Of a DNA stretch of 64,000 nt, positions 7,369 through 16,431 are shown one piece after another. Made by a program: the position numbers and the translations under genes. The notes under the pieces are model-generated. The model ran no database searches. It was not told where the DNA came from and saw only the letters and a list, made by a program, of their open reading frames with translations. Source of the stretch: an uncultured Gammaproteobacteria bacterium (GTDB lineage Bacteria; Patescibacteriota; Patescibacteriia; UBA9934); contig CAYVLY010000001.1 in NCBI GenBank assembly GCA_964452565.1, forward strand, positions 78,638 through 142,637, written 5' to 3'. Each line of letters opens with the position of its first letter. Within the stretch, counting starts at the first letter, position 1.

Positions 7369-10263
7369 ATGAAAAAAAGTTTTAACAAAATAATTATGAA
7401 GCGCATAATATCTTTTATTTGGATTTTCGCTTTTTTTGCAAGTGCGATTTTACCAGCAATGCATGTTCAGGCAGCTGACATAGAAGCCACTGCTGGAAGC
7501 CTTGTCAAGAACGAAACCCAATCAGCCGTATATTACTATGGCAGCGACGGAAACAGATACGCCTTTCCTAACGAGAAGGTGTTTTTTACTTGGTACGATG
7601 ATTTTGATGATGTAGTCGAAATTTCAGATGACGATATGGCAGATCTGCCATTGTCCGGGATAGTTACCTATCGGCCGGGAATTCGAATGGTTAAGATTCA
7701 GTCAGTACCAAATGTTTATGCAGTTTCAGCTGGTGCAGTTTTGCACTGGGTAACAACAGAAGAGGTTGCTGAGGCATTGTATGGATCAAGTTGGAATGCA
7801 TACATCGACGATGTATCTGATGCATTCTGGTATCACTATTCATTTGGTGGAGATCTAACACTTTCTAGCGGTTATGATCCAGACGAGGAAGAGTCATCGT
7901 CCGATGATATTGATGATGACCTTGATTTACGAGACGATGATGCAGTAGAGGGCTCACCAGAGGCTCCGACCCTTACAGCCCCTACGTCAGCAGAATCTGG
8001 AGAAGAATTTGATATCACCTGGACAGTTGAAGATGACGCGCTCTATTACTTACTACAAACCTCAACAAATGTCTCTTTCGCAGATGCAGATGAGGAGCAA
8101 TTTTCAAATTATCCAGATTTATCAGATGGAGAAACAACTGACAGCATTACAGAAACCACCTATTACAGGATGAGAGGTGATAATAACATTGGACAGGGCT
8201 CCTGGAGTAATGTTGAGACTGTTGTGATCGACACGGGTGAGGAAGACGAGGACTCTGACGGCGATGAAGACGAAGACGAGGATCCGGATGATGACGAAGA
8301 TCCTGATGAGGATGAAGAGCCCGATGAGGATCCAGACGAAGACGAGGATCCGGATGATGACGAAGATCCCGATGAGGACCCAGTCGACGATGATGACGAC
8401 GATGATGTGGATCCATTTGTGATTATCGAAAATGTACCAGATGGCCAGCAGCCACCAATGAACTCATATGGATATGGAGATACAAATTTCTGTGCTCCTA
8501 TTTCAGCTGCAAACGTCACTGAATATTGGGATGTAGTTATGGGTGAGCCAAATGCTGATCAAGTTGATGCTGATTTATTTGTAGTTGAAACAGTCGCAGA
8601 TTTTATTGGATTCTTCATGAATACTAATGGCATGGGAAGTATTAACCGTGACTTTGGCCTTGGTATGGGAACTCCGATAAGTAATATAGAAGACGGAATT
8701 TTGGATTGGGTTGTTTGGGATGGACTAGATGGAACGCAGTACGGATTTGATGATCCATGGTTTGATCTAGCTGGAAAAGTAGATTACACATCTTGGGATG
8801 TTGAGACACTAGACTTTACTGAGTCCTCAGATACGGATGCCTGGGATGATTATATGGATGAGATTGATGCTGGTAGGCCAACAGTCTTGTCATTTGCATA
8901 TTGGAATCCAAAATTTATAGATGAAGATACTGATCATGATGTTAAATTCTACAGTTGGGGCGATCAGATTTATTCATCTGAGGAGTCAGAGTTTGCACCT
9001 GAATTTAATGAGCCAGAATACTGGTACACAGATTCCTCTCCAAAGTATTCAACAGGGCATTCTGTGACTGGTGTTGGTTATGTTGAAGAATATGATGCTG
9101 GAGACGGATACACACGTGATTGGGCAATTGTGCACGATAACTGGGATACAACTGGAGAAAATGTTGCTATTCCATGGGAAATGTGGACAGCAACCACAAC
9201 AATCGAACCATTGGCTAATGCAGTCCCAGATGTACCAGAGCCATCAGGCCTGCCAGAGATCATGGTTGAAGACGTTTCATATACCCTTGAGTGGGATCAT
9301 GTACAAGGTGCAAAGACATATTGTATTGAGTGGGCAACTAATGAAGATTTTGACGATGCCCTTGCATCATGTGCCTGGAATGGTTATGAGACAACTTATG
9401 ATGTGACTCCTAGCATTGACCTGTGGACAGAAGAGCGGTTCCATAGAGTAAAGGCATGTAATGATATGGGATGTAGTGATTGGAGCGATACAGTTGAGTC
9501 AATAGTATTTTGGGACGATCCAGTTGTAGTTCCAGATGAGTCTGCCACGATTGGAGATGCTTTAAATGCCGTTGATGATTATGGAATCGTATATATTGAA
9601 CCCGGAACATATTATGAGGGTGAATTGTCTCTTCCAACTGGTGTATATCTAGCTGGTGCAGGAATTGATGAGGTAACCATTGATTCAACCGGTAGTTATG
9701 TTGGAGCTTATTGTTCAGATTCATATAATGTTATTCATAGTCTAACGATGACCGGTGCTAGAAGTACGCTTGTGTCATGTGATAACGGTGGCATTACTAT
9801 TCAAAAGTCAGTATTAATTGCAGATAATCAAGAAGGCTGGAATGCTAGTGGTGTCTATGCAGCTAATGGAGCCTATGTTGGTCTTTATAATGTTACTGTG
9901 GCAGCTCCAACTTACGGCGATAACGGGGTTATCACAGATACAGATAGTGATAATTATGTGTACGTCTACAACTCAATAATAGAAGGATTCACGCAAGGAA
10001 TATTTATACAGGGAGGTTTATTTATCGGTGATTATAATGATGTAAATGGGCCATATGGTGAAAGAAACTGGTATGGATATGCAACCCCAGGTGCCAATTC
10101 AATAACTGCTGATCCGTTATTCGTGGATCCTGCTGGGCATGATTTCCATTTAGATCCTGCATCTCCGTGTGTTGATGCTGGAGATCCAGAGGCTTGGTAT
10201 GCCGATGAGGATGGAACTATGAATGACATGGGAGCTTATGGAGGAACATTGATGGGGGATTAG
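7369..10263 (+). CDS. Secreted multidomain protein: signal peptide, poly-Asp/Glu repeat linker, papain-like Cys peptidase-like domain, Fn3-like domain, C-terminal right-handed beta-helix
   Basis: Signal peptide MKKSFNKIIMKRIISFIWIFAFFASAILPAMHVQA; Cys motif NFCAPISAAN, His motif GHSVTGVGY, DNWD in papain order; parallel beta-helix repeats and ..DPLFVDPAGHDFHLDPASPCVDAG.. tail. Confidence 0.75.
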   Translation: MKKSFNKIIMKRIISFIWIFAFFASAILPAMHVQAADIEATAGSLVKNETQSAVYYYGSDGNRYAFPNEKVFFTWYDDFDDVVEISDDDMADLPLSGIVTYRPGIRMVKIQSVPNVYAVSAGAVLHWVTTEEVAEALYGSSWNAYIDDVSDAFWYHYSFGGDLTLSSGYDPDEEESSSDDIDDDLDLRDDDAVEGSPEAPTLTAPTSAESGEEFDITWTVEDDALYYLLQTSTNVSFADADEEQFSNYPDLSDGETTDSITETTYYRMRGDNNIGQGSWSNVETVVIDTGEEDEDSDGDEDEDEDPDDDEDPDEDEEPDEDPDEDEDPDDDEDPDEDPVDDDDDDDVDPFVIIENVPDGQQPPMNSYGYGDTNFCAPISAANVTEYWDVVMGEPNADQVDADLFVVETVADFIGFFMNTNGMGSINRDFGLGMGTPISNIEDGILDWVVWDGLDGTQYGFDDPWFDLAGKVDYTSWDVETLDFTESSDTDAWDDYMDEIDAGRPTVLSFAYWNPKFIDEDTDHDVKFYSWGDQIYSSEESEFAPEFNEPEYWYTDSSPKYSTGHSVTGVGYVEEYDAGDGYTRDWAIVHDNWDTTGENVAIPWEMWTATTTIEPLANAVPDVPEPSGLPEIMVEDVSYTLEWDHVQGAKTYCIEWATNEDFDDALASCAWNGYETTYDVTPSIDLWTEERFHRVKACNDMGCSDWSDTVESIVFWDDPVVVPDESATIGDALNAVDDYGIVYIEPGTYYEGELSLPTGVYLAGAGIDEVTIDSTGSYVGAYCSDSYNVIHSLTMTGARSTLVSCDNGGITIQKSVLIADNQEGWNASGVYAANGAYVGLYNVTVAAPTYGDNGVITDTDSDNYVYVYNSIIEGFTQGIFIQGGLFIGDYNDVNGPYGERNWYGYATPGANSITADPLFVDPAGHDFHLDPASPCVDAGDPEAWYADEDGTMNDMGAYGGTLMGD
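8237..8415 (+). repeat. Tandem ~66-bp repeat encoding an EDEDPDDDEDPDEDEEPD acidic low-complexity linker
   Basis: Unit gacgaagacgaggatccggatgatgacgaagatccNgatgagga repeated from 8269 and 8335. Confidence 0.8.
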
Positions 10264-10291
10264 ATGATTCAAATACAATTGAAATAGCATA

Positions 10292-10320
10292 CCGCCCGGT
10301 CCATCGAATGGACCGGGCGG
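10292..10320. terminator. Bidirectional terminator: 12-bp perfect stem CCGCCCGGTCCA-tcgaa-TGGACCGGGCGG
   Basis: Lies between convergent genes 7369..10263 (+) and 10344..11081 (-). Confidence 0.7.
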
Positions 10321-10343
10321 TTCGTTGTACGTCGGTATAGCGG

Positions 10344-11081
10344 CTAGGCCTCGAATTCACCGAGTGTCTTGAGGCATTGGGTCAGGTGGTTCTTGATCGC
10401 GGCTTGGTCGAGGATGAAGCCATGATCTCCATAGACACGATGCACAGTCACGTCCTGGTCACAGTACTTGGCATCGTAGTAGAACAGGTCGTTGTGAGGG
10501 ACGACTGCGACCACAGGGCACTTCAGTGGGCCGGTATTGCCGTGGAAGAAGGGCAAGGGAACCAGCCTCAGGCAGCAGCGCATGGGCTCGGGGCGTACGA
10601 TCTCGATGAGTTCCCGAGCCTTTCTGCTGGAATGGGCTTCGCCACGCTGCTCCCAGTTGAAGAAGGCCCTCCGGATCCTATCGAGGTTGTCGAGTGTCAC
10701 GTTGCCGGCGAAGAACCCGCGGAAGAATTCCCAGGGGATCGTCAGTACGCCGCGGACGTAGCCCCAGAAGGGCAGGCCGTACTGCGTAGTGGCTGCGAGC
10801 AGGATCACACTACTGAAGAGCTTGGGATTGTGGCGCGCGAGACGGCGGAGTGGAACGCCACCCATGGAGTAGGCGATTCCGATCACACCCTCGGTGATGC
10901 CTTCGTCGCCGAGCTGCTGCTTGCACGCGTCGACCATCTCGCGGACAGTGGTACCCTTGTAGCGCATGATGATCACGCGGTAGTCGCGGTCCGTGAAGAA
11001 TTCGATCACGAACTTGAGCCAGAGCTCAACGACTCCGCGGCTCCAGGCGCCAGGGAAAAGAACAACAGTCTTCTGCTTCAT
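10344..11081 (-). CDS. Alpha/beta-hydrolase fold protein (GxSxG nucleophile elbow GIAYSMGG)
   Basis: AAGGAG RBS 6 nt before ATG (MKQKTVVLFPG); GYSMGG motif, C-terminal His (GDHGF); GC-rich codons. Confidence 0.65.
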   Translation of the reverse strand: MKQKTVVLFPGAWSRGVVELWLKFVIEFFTDRDYRVIIMRYKGTTVREMVDACKQQLGDEGITEGVIGIAYSMGGVPLRRLARHNPKLFSSVILLAATTQYGLPFWGYVRGVLTIPWEFFRGFFAGNVTLDNLDRIRRAFFNWEQRGEAHSSRKARELIEIVRPEPMRCCLRLVPLPFFHGNTGPLKCPVVAVVPHNDLFYYDAKYCDQDVTVHRVYGDHGFILDQAAIKNHLTQCLKTLGEFEA

Positions 11082-11189
11082 CTTTGGCTCCTTCTGGTCC
11101 ATCCTTGGACCTGCCAGCTTGGGCGTCATGCCCTTTCTCGAAGCCGAGTACTACACCATGATTAGCGACTTTTGTCAATTAAAACATAA

Positions 11190-11220
11190 AAAACTACTAA
11201 CGTTTAACGTTGGTAGTTTT
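11190..11220. promoter_or_regulatory. 31-bp near-perfect palindrome AAAACTACTAACGTT-T-AACGTTGGTAGTTTT between divergent -35 boxes
   Basis: TTGACA on the minus strand (plus 11174..11179) and TTGACA on the plus strand (11222..11227) flank the palindrome symmetrically; candidate operator shared by divergent genes. Confidence 0.6.
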
Positions 11221-11284
11221 ATTGACATATTCGGCTAATCACAGTACATTTCGTTCTTGTCCCATCACTTGAAAGGAGACTCTC

Positions 11285-12160
11285 TTGAGTGCAACTACAC
11301 TTCTTGTCCTGTTGGCAATGGCGCTCTTCGGGGGCTTTGCTGATGCATTCCGAAAGGTCGTGCTCGGGAAGCTCGGTCTGTATTCAACTGTGGGGTTCAT
11401 CTATCTGGGTTTTGCATTGCCCTTTGGAATCGCCTTCATGATCGTCACCAGAACATATCCGATCATTACTAGCAGTCTGATTGTGGCACACATGACTGCA
11501 CTTCCATTTGTCGGCCTGACAGTGGTTCTGTTCTACAGTGCGTTGCAGAAGACGGACTTCTCGATTTCTGCATCCATCTTCGGATTGGCGCCAGCAACTG
11601 CCATGATTGGAGAGTGGATTATTGGACGTTCCGAGCCAAGCTGGGCTGGAGCGCTTGGGATCCTCGTTGTGTCACTCGGTGCTTATATCCTTCATCTAGA
11701 CGCCTTCAAACATGGGCCGCTGACGCCGTTCAAACGGTTGCTCAAGGATCGGGGCGCCAGGCACGCACTTTACGCAGTGATTGCTATCGCGATCGCTATT
11801 CCATTCCAGCGTGAGGCTGTCTGTGTCTCCAAGAGTCCCGGATTCTGGATGGTCGTGGAGTCGAGCCTATGCATTCCGTTCCTGCTCTTTGGGGTGATCA
11901 AGGAGCGCGCCAAATGGCAGGTCACCACACAAACCAGGCTTTTCACCTTAGGCGCCGGGTCCATGTGGAGTATACATGGGATTTTGCTCTACACGGGTCT
12001 TCAGCTCACGCTCGGTGGATATGTCATGGCCATGCGTTCGTTGGCACTACTAGTCGGCTTCACGCTCGCTTACTTGATCCTCAGGGAAAAGGTGCGTTCG
12101 CGTATTCCTGGAATGCTTGTGATCATCATCGGAACGTTCGTGATCTCGCTCCTGGCTTGA
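11285..12160 (+). CDS. EamA/DMT-superfamily transporter (10 predicted TM helices)
   Basis: TTG start with GGAGA RBS; two repeated 5-TM halves; GC-rich. Confidence 0.65.
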   Translation: MSATTLLVLLAMALFGGFADAFRKVVLGKLGLYSTVGFIYLGFALPFGIAFMIVTRTYPIITSSLIVAHMTALPFVGLTVVLFYSALQKTDFSISASIFGLAPATAMIGEWIIGRSEPSWAGALGILVVSLGAYILHLDAFKHGPLTPFKRLLKDRGARHALYAVIAIAIAIPFQREAVCVSKSPGFWMVVESSLCIPFLLFGVIKERAKWQVTTQTRLFTLGAGSMWSIHGILLYTGLQLTLGGYVMAMRSLALLVGFTLAYLILREKVRSRIPGMLVIIIGTFVISLLA

Positions 12161-12185
12161 TCGCATCAGGTAGCCTCACCTCGGT

Positions 12186-12207
12186 CCTCCCTTGCGGAGG
12201 GCTTTTT
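12186..12207 (+). terminator. Hairpin CCTCCC-ttgc-GGAGGG + CTTTTTG, immediately followed by TTGACG
   Basis: Stem-loop plus T-run after the transporter gene. Confidence 0.55.
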
Positions 12208-12288
12208 GCTTGACGCAATGCTGGAAAAACGCTAACTTTCAAATGTCGCACGGAGCGGCAATAAGTAAATAGGAAGGGAAGTGAGAGA

Positions 12289-12738
12289 ATGGATCCGACT
12301 ACATGGATATGCGCTGCCGTAGCTGGCTTGTTCATCCTGTGGCTGATCGCGAAGGTCGTCAGCAAGCAGCAGACACGGTGGCGTCTTTCTCGCCCGATCA
12401 GCGCGTTCGATAGCTCTGCAGATAAGCTCCTGATCGAGGGTACGATCACGTCTGCGCGTGGCCGAGTTGTTGATACTGGGGAATATCGAAGTATCGGCCC
12501 TGGTGATCTTGCACCAGACATCGCTACATTCTGGACCTATAAGGTGCAGCTCAGCGATGGCACTACAGAGATCGTTCCAGGTATCCGTGAGAGTGTTCGG
12601 AAAAGGAGGGGTCTGCCAAACGACAACTCGGTCGGGCATGTCGCAGTCCTGTTCCTGCGCCGACGTGTCTTCTTCAGACAGAGGTGGGTCCGCTGGAAGT
12701 TGCAGGCCTGGAGCCACGAGGCAATACGCCTAGACTAG
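12289..12738 (+). CDS. Hypothetical membrane-anchored protein
   Basis: GGAAGGGAAG RBS before ATG, N-terminal TM helix; an antisense ORF of similar length looks spurious. Confidence 0.4.
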   Translation: MDPTTWICAAVAGLFILWLIAKVVSKQQTRWRLSRPISAFDSSADKLLIEGTITSARGRVVDTGEYRSIGPGDLAPDIATFWTYKVQLSDGTTEIVPGIRESVRKRRGLPNDNSVGHVAVLFLRRRVFFRQRWVRWKLQAWSHEAIRLD

Positions 12739-12926
12739 CACAGGGATCCTGCCGCACATCGTCGTTCAAGTTCGGCTCACACAGCCGGGCTTTTTGCTTT
12801 GTTGTAGTTTTATTTATCCACATTGACAAAAAGTAGATTTACCCCATGTTTCGGGCATAGGGGCCAGCACCCGGTGCTGGACATGAAATGTGATATAATT
12901 GCGCGCGATAATGAGTTACATCTTTT

Positions 12927-13274
12927 ATGCAATCACTTGAGCAAGTTTATTTAAGATTACAAAAATCAAAAGCAAAGCGTCGGGAGTTTAATAAGATGAT
13001 TCGCGATGAGCTTTCGCAGGACCAGAGATATCGCGAGCTGACAGAGGAAATGAAAAAGCTGCGAGACGAGCGCAAGTCCATCGAAAACGAAATAAAGGCT
13101 CAGACAGCAAGCCCACAAGAGCTTGATGAGCTAAAGATCGAGATTCAAACAGATCAAGAACTTTTGGCTGATGTTGCACTGAATATGTTTATGGATAACG
13201 AATCAGTTGAAATCCTTGATGAACATGATCAGCGGTGGGTGCCACTGTTCTCAGTAAAATTCATTAAAGACTAA
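12927..13274 (+). CDS. Hypothetical coiled-coil protein
   Basis: TGATATAAT extended -10 at 12890..12898; charged heptad-rich sequence; rho-independent terminator at 13281..13303. Confidence 0.5.
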   Translation: MQSLEQVYLRLQKSKAKRREFNKMIRDELSQDQRYRELTEEMKKLRDERKSIENEIKAQTASPQELDELKIEIQTDQELLADVALNMFMDNESVEILDEHDQRWVPLFSVKFIKD

Positions 13275-13280
13275 CAAGAC

Positions 13281-13303
13281 CCCCGCAAACGCGGGATTTT
13301 GTT
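13281..13303 (+). terminator. Hairpin CCCGC-aaac-GCGGG + ATTTTGTT
   Basis: Stem-loop followed by a T-run. Confidence 0.55.
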
Positions 13304-13370
13304 ATCCATAGAGTACTTGCATTCGAGACGTTTATCCCGTAAAATAGCGTCGTTATTCACTTATTTGATT

Positions 13371-15401
13371 ATGGAGAAAAAACGAGGATTTCGTACACGG
13401 CGAGGGCTATATGGTGCTTTAATTGCGATTGTCGTGGTTTTTGTTTTAACAGCATCTGCTGCATTTCCTGGACCTTGGAATACGGCCGCGCGAGGCATCG
13501 AAAGCGCAGTTGGGCTAAACATGCCCGAGTTTAATGAAGATGACTTTAAACTCGGACTTGACCTTCAGGGAGGTGTGCATTTGGTATATGAGGCAGATAT
13601 GTCCGCGATCGATGCAGGAGATCGTGCCACTGCAGTTGAAGGTGTGCGCGATGTCATTGAGCGTCGTGTAAACGCATTTGGAGTTTCCGAACCAATTGTT
13701 CAAACAAATATAAACGGCGATCACTTTAGAATCATTGTTGAACTTGCAGGTATTTTCGATATTGAAGAGGCTGTAGGGCTGATTGGAGAGACACCAATCC
13801 TTGAGTTCAAGGTTCCAAAGGAGGATTTGGATGAGGCAGTAGAGTTAACAGAAGAACAGGAGATCCAAATGGCAGAAGCGCAAGCAGAAGAAGAAACTGC
13901 GGCCCTTGAGGTGTTAGATAGGGCACTAGCAGGTGAAGACTTTGGAGATTTGGCTCGCGAGATATCAATATCTTCAACTTCATTTAATAAAGGGTATTAC
14001 GGATATGTAACAGAAGATGACACTGTATTTGGCGAGCTTGTTGATCAAATCCAGAGCGAAAGACTTTCAGAAGGGGTTATTGATGGGCTTTATGAGTACA
14101 ACTCAACTCTTCATATAGTCGAGTACACAGGGACACAAGAGTCCGAGGAGGTCGAATTGTCACATATTCTTATATGCCACTCAGAGTCAACTTCGTGTGA
14201 TTCAGATCGTCCAATTGTTGAAGCGCAGCTTTATATTGAAGAGATACTGGCAGAAGTAACAACTTCAAATTTTGCAGATAAAGCAATTGAGTACTCAGAG
14301 GGTCCATCTGGTCCAGACGGAGGATATCTAGACTGGGTTGTAGAAGGAATGATGGTTGAACCGTTTGAAGATGCTGCATTTGCACTTTCAGATGGTGAGA
14401 TATCTGAGGTTGTAGAAACAGAGTTTGGTTACCACATTATTTATCGATCAGATTCACGAACAGAGACTCAGTACGAGATCTCTCACATTGAAATGGAATG
14501 GACAACAGAATCGGATCTGCTTGATCTAGATCCATGGGAGAACACTGAGCTTTCTGGAAAGCATGTAGATCAGGCAGCAGTTGCATTTGATCCAAACACT
14601 GGAATTCCATATGTATTGCTTAACTTTGATAGTGAGGGTGCAGATTTGTTCACAGCACTTACTGAGGAGCACGTAGGTAATATAATCGGAATCTTCCTAG
14701 ATGGAACAGCAATCTCAACTCCAGTTGTTCAGGATGTAATCTATGGAGGCGAGGCGACTATTACAGGAGATTTCACTATTGATGAGGCAAAGCTATTAGC
14801 TCAGCGACTAAATGCTGGTGCACTACCAGTACCAATCGAACTTTTAAGTCAACAGACGGTTGGACCTACCTTAGGCGCCATATCACTTGAGAGCAGCATT
14901 AACGCCGCACTTATCGGAATTATTTTACTAGCTCTGTTCATGATTACTTACTACCGATTATCTGGAATTTTGGCAGTATTGGCATTAATAGTGTATACGG
15001 GAGTTAACCTAGCACTATATAAGTGGCTTGGAGTTACAATGACATTGGCTGGAATCGCTGGATTTATCCTGTCACTTGGAATGGCAGTTGATGCAAATGT
15101 CCTTATCTTTGAGCGGCTTAAAGAGGAACTTAAGAGTGGACGTGATCTTTCAACAGCGATTGATGAAGGATTTAGACGGGCATGGACATCTATCCGTGAT
15201 GGAAATATTACAACATTGATCGCAGCGGGAGTGCTATTTACACTCAGCGGATTTATCAAAGGATTTGCTCTGACGCTTGCCATTGGTATCTTAGTTTCAA
15301 TGATGACAGCAATCTTTGTGACACGAATCTTATTGCAATGGGTAAGTGGATGGAAACCAGCACAGAAGCATTGGCTCTACGGTGTAAAGAAAACAAAATA
15401 G
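13371..15401 (+). CDS. secD: Protein translocase subunit SecD with inserted tandem parvulin-type PPIase domains
   Basis: SecD N-terminal motifs (LGLDLQGGVHLVYE, GVSEPIVQ, IGETPILEFK) and C-terminal TM bundle (GPTLG..LALYKWLGVTMTLAGIAGFILSLGMAVDANVLIFERL); the insert contains a PpiC-like LSHILICH..GPSGPDGGYLDWVVEGMMVEPFEDAAF..FGYHIIYR. Confidence 0.85.
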   Translation: MEKKRGFRTRRGLYGALIAIVVVFVLTASAAFPGPWNTAARGIESAVGLNMPEFNEDDFKLGLDLQGGVHLVYEADMSAIDAGDRATAVEGVRDVIERRVNAFGVSEPIVQTNINGDHFRIIVELAGIFDIEEAVGLIGETPILEFKVPKEDLDEAVELTEEQEIQMAEAQAEEETAALEVLDRALAGEDFGDLAREISISSTSFNKGYYGYVTEDDTVFGELVDQIQSERLSEGVIDGLYEYNSTLHIVEYTGTQESEEVELSHILICHSESTSCDSDRPIVEAQLYIEEILAEVTTSNFADKAIEYSEGPSGPDGGYLDWVVEGMMVEPFEDAAFALSDGEISEVVETEFGYHIIYRSDSRTETQYEISHIEMEWTTESDLLDLDPWENTELSGKHVDQAAVAFDPNTGIPYVLLNFDSEGADLFTALTEEHVGNIIGIFLDGTAISTPVVQDVIYGGEATITGDFTIDEAKLLAQRLNAGALPVPIELLSQQTVGPTLGAISLESSINAALIGIILLALFMITYYRLSGILAVLALIVYTGVNLALYKWLGVTMTLAGIAGFILSLGMAVDANVLIFERLKEELKSGRDLSTAIDEGFRRAWTSIRDGNITTLIAAGVLFTLSGFIKGFALTLAIGILVSMMTAIFVTRILLQWVSGWKPAQKHWLYGVKKTK

Positions 15402-15404
15402 CTT

Positions 15405-16319
15405 ATGAAGTACTTTGACGTAATAGGAAAATCAAAAATCTGGCTTACAGTCTCTGGAATATTGATTGCGGCATCTATCGTAAGCATTGCAGTCTTTGGA
15501 CTAAATATTGGAATTGACTTTACTGGTGGGTCTCTGATGGATGTCACATTTGACGAGCCAGTCACTATTGATCAAGTTCGTTCTGTATATGAGACCTCAG
15601 AGTATTCAGCAACAGTGCAGCAGAGTAGTGAAACTGAGTATCTCGTCAGGCTTGAATCACTAACACAGGAGCAGCACACACAGCTTTTAGTTGATTTAGA
15701 AGAGCAGATAGGATCATTCGAAGAAAATAGATATGAGACTATTGGATCAGTAATTGGGAGTGAGCTAAAAGCAACATCAGTCAAGGCGATTATTATTTTG
15801 CTTGTATTGATCGTTATCTATGTAGCTTGGGCGTTCCGAAAGGTTTCGGAGCCAGTTAAATCGTGGAAGTACGGTGTTTTGACTATTGTTGCAGCAGCCC
15901 ATGATGTGATTATTCCACTTGGAATTTTCGCAGCACTGGGACATTACCTGGGATATGAGGTGAACACCGCGTTTGTTGCAGCACTATTGACCATTTTGGG
16001 TTATTCGATTAACGATACAATTGTTATCTTTGATCGGACTCGTGAGAATTTAGTGAATAATAAGAATAGCGCAAAGTCATTCAAGGAAGTTGTGAACATG
16101 AGTGTTGCTCAAAGTTTTGCAAGGTCAATTAATACTTCTTTGACAACCTTATTAGTTTTGCTTGCAATTCTCATATTTGGTGGAGAAACAACAAAGCCGT
16201 TTGTACTTGCATTGATTATCGGAGTTATGTCAGGTGCGTATTCATCAATTTTCCTTGCAAGTCCATTGCTTGTGAAATGGGAAGAGTGGAAGCGCAAGCG
16301 TGAGTCAATCACAGAATAA
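15405..16319 (+). CDS. secF: Protein translocase subunit SecF
   Basis: SecF motifs GIDFTGGS, 6-TM C-terminal domain; adjacent to secD. Confidence 0.85.
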   Translation: MKYFDVIGKSKIWLTVSGILIAASIVSIAVFGLNIGIDFTGGSLMDVTFDEPVTIDQVRSVYETSEYSATVQQSSETEYLVRLESLTQEQHTQLLVDLEEQIGSFEENRYETIGSVIGSELKATSVKAIIILLVLIVIYVAWAFRKVSEPVKSWKYGVLTIVAAAHDVIIPLGIFAALGHYLGYEVNTAFVAALLTILGYSINDTIVIFDRTRENLVNNKNSAKSFKEVVNMSVAQSFARSINTSLTTLLVLLAILIFGGETTKPFVLALIIGVMSGAYSSIFLASPLLVKWEEWKRKRESITE

Positions 16320-16332
16320 AAAAGAAATAAAA

Positions 16333-16358
16333 AACTCTCGACTTCGGTCGGGAGTTTT
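16333..16358 (+). terminator. Hairpin AACTCTCGAC-ttcg-GTCGGGAGTT + TTTTATTTT
   Basis: 10-bp stem with one G-U pair, T-run. Confidence 0.6.
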
Positions 16359-16431
16359 ATTTTAAATTCATCCCCAATCCACTATTCCAGATTCCTGATT
16401 CTAGATCCCTACGTGCTATAATACACATGAT

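Noticed and set aside
8147-8519. Minus-strand ORFs (89 and 118 aa) within the acidic repeat of the 964-aa protein
   Set aside because: Artefact of the low-complexity GA-rich repeat (poly-Ser/His/Arg reading of the reverse strand)
10377-11165. 262-aa + strand ORF antisense to the alpha/beta-hydrolase gene
   Set aside because: No motifs or start signals; the minus-strand ORF has the GxSxG hydrolase signature and an AAGGAG RBS
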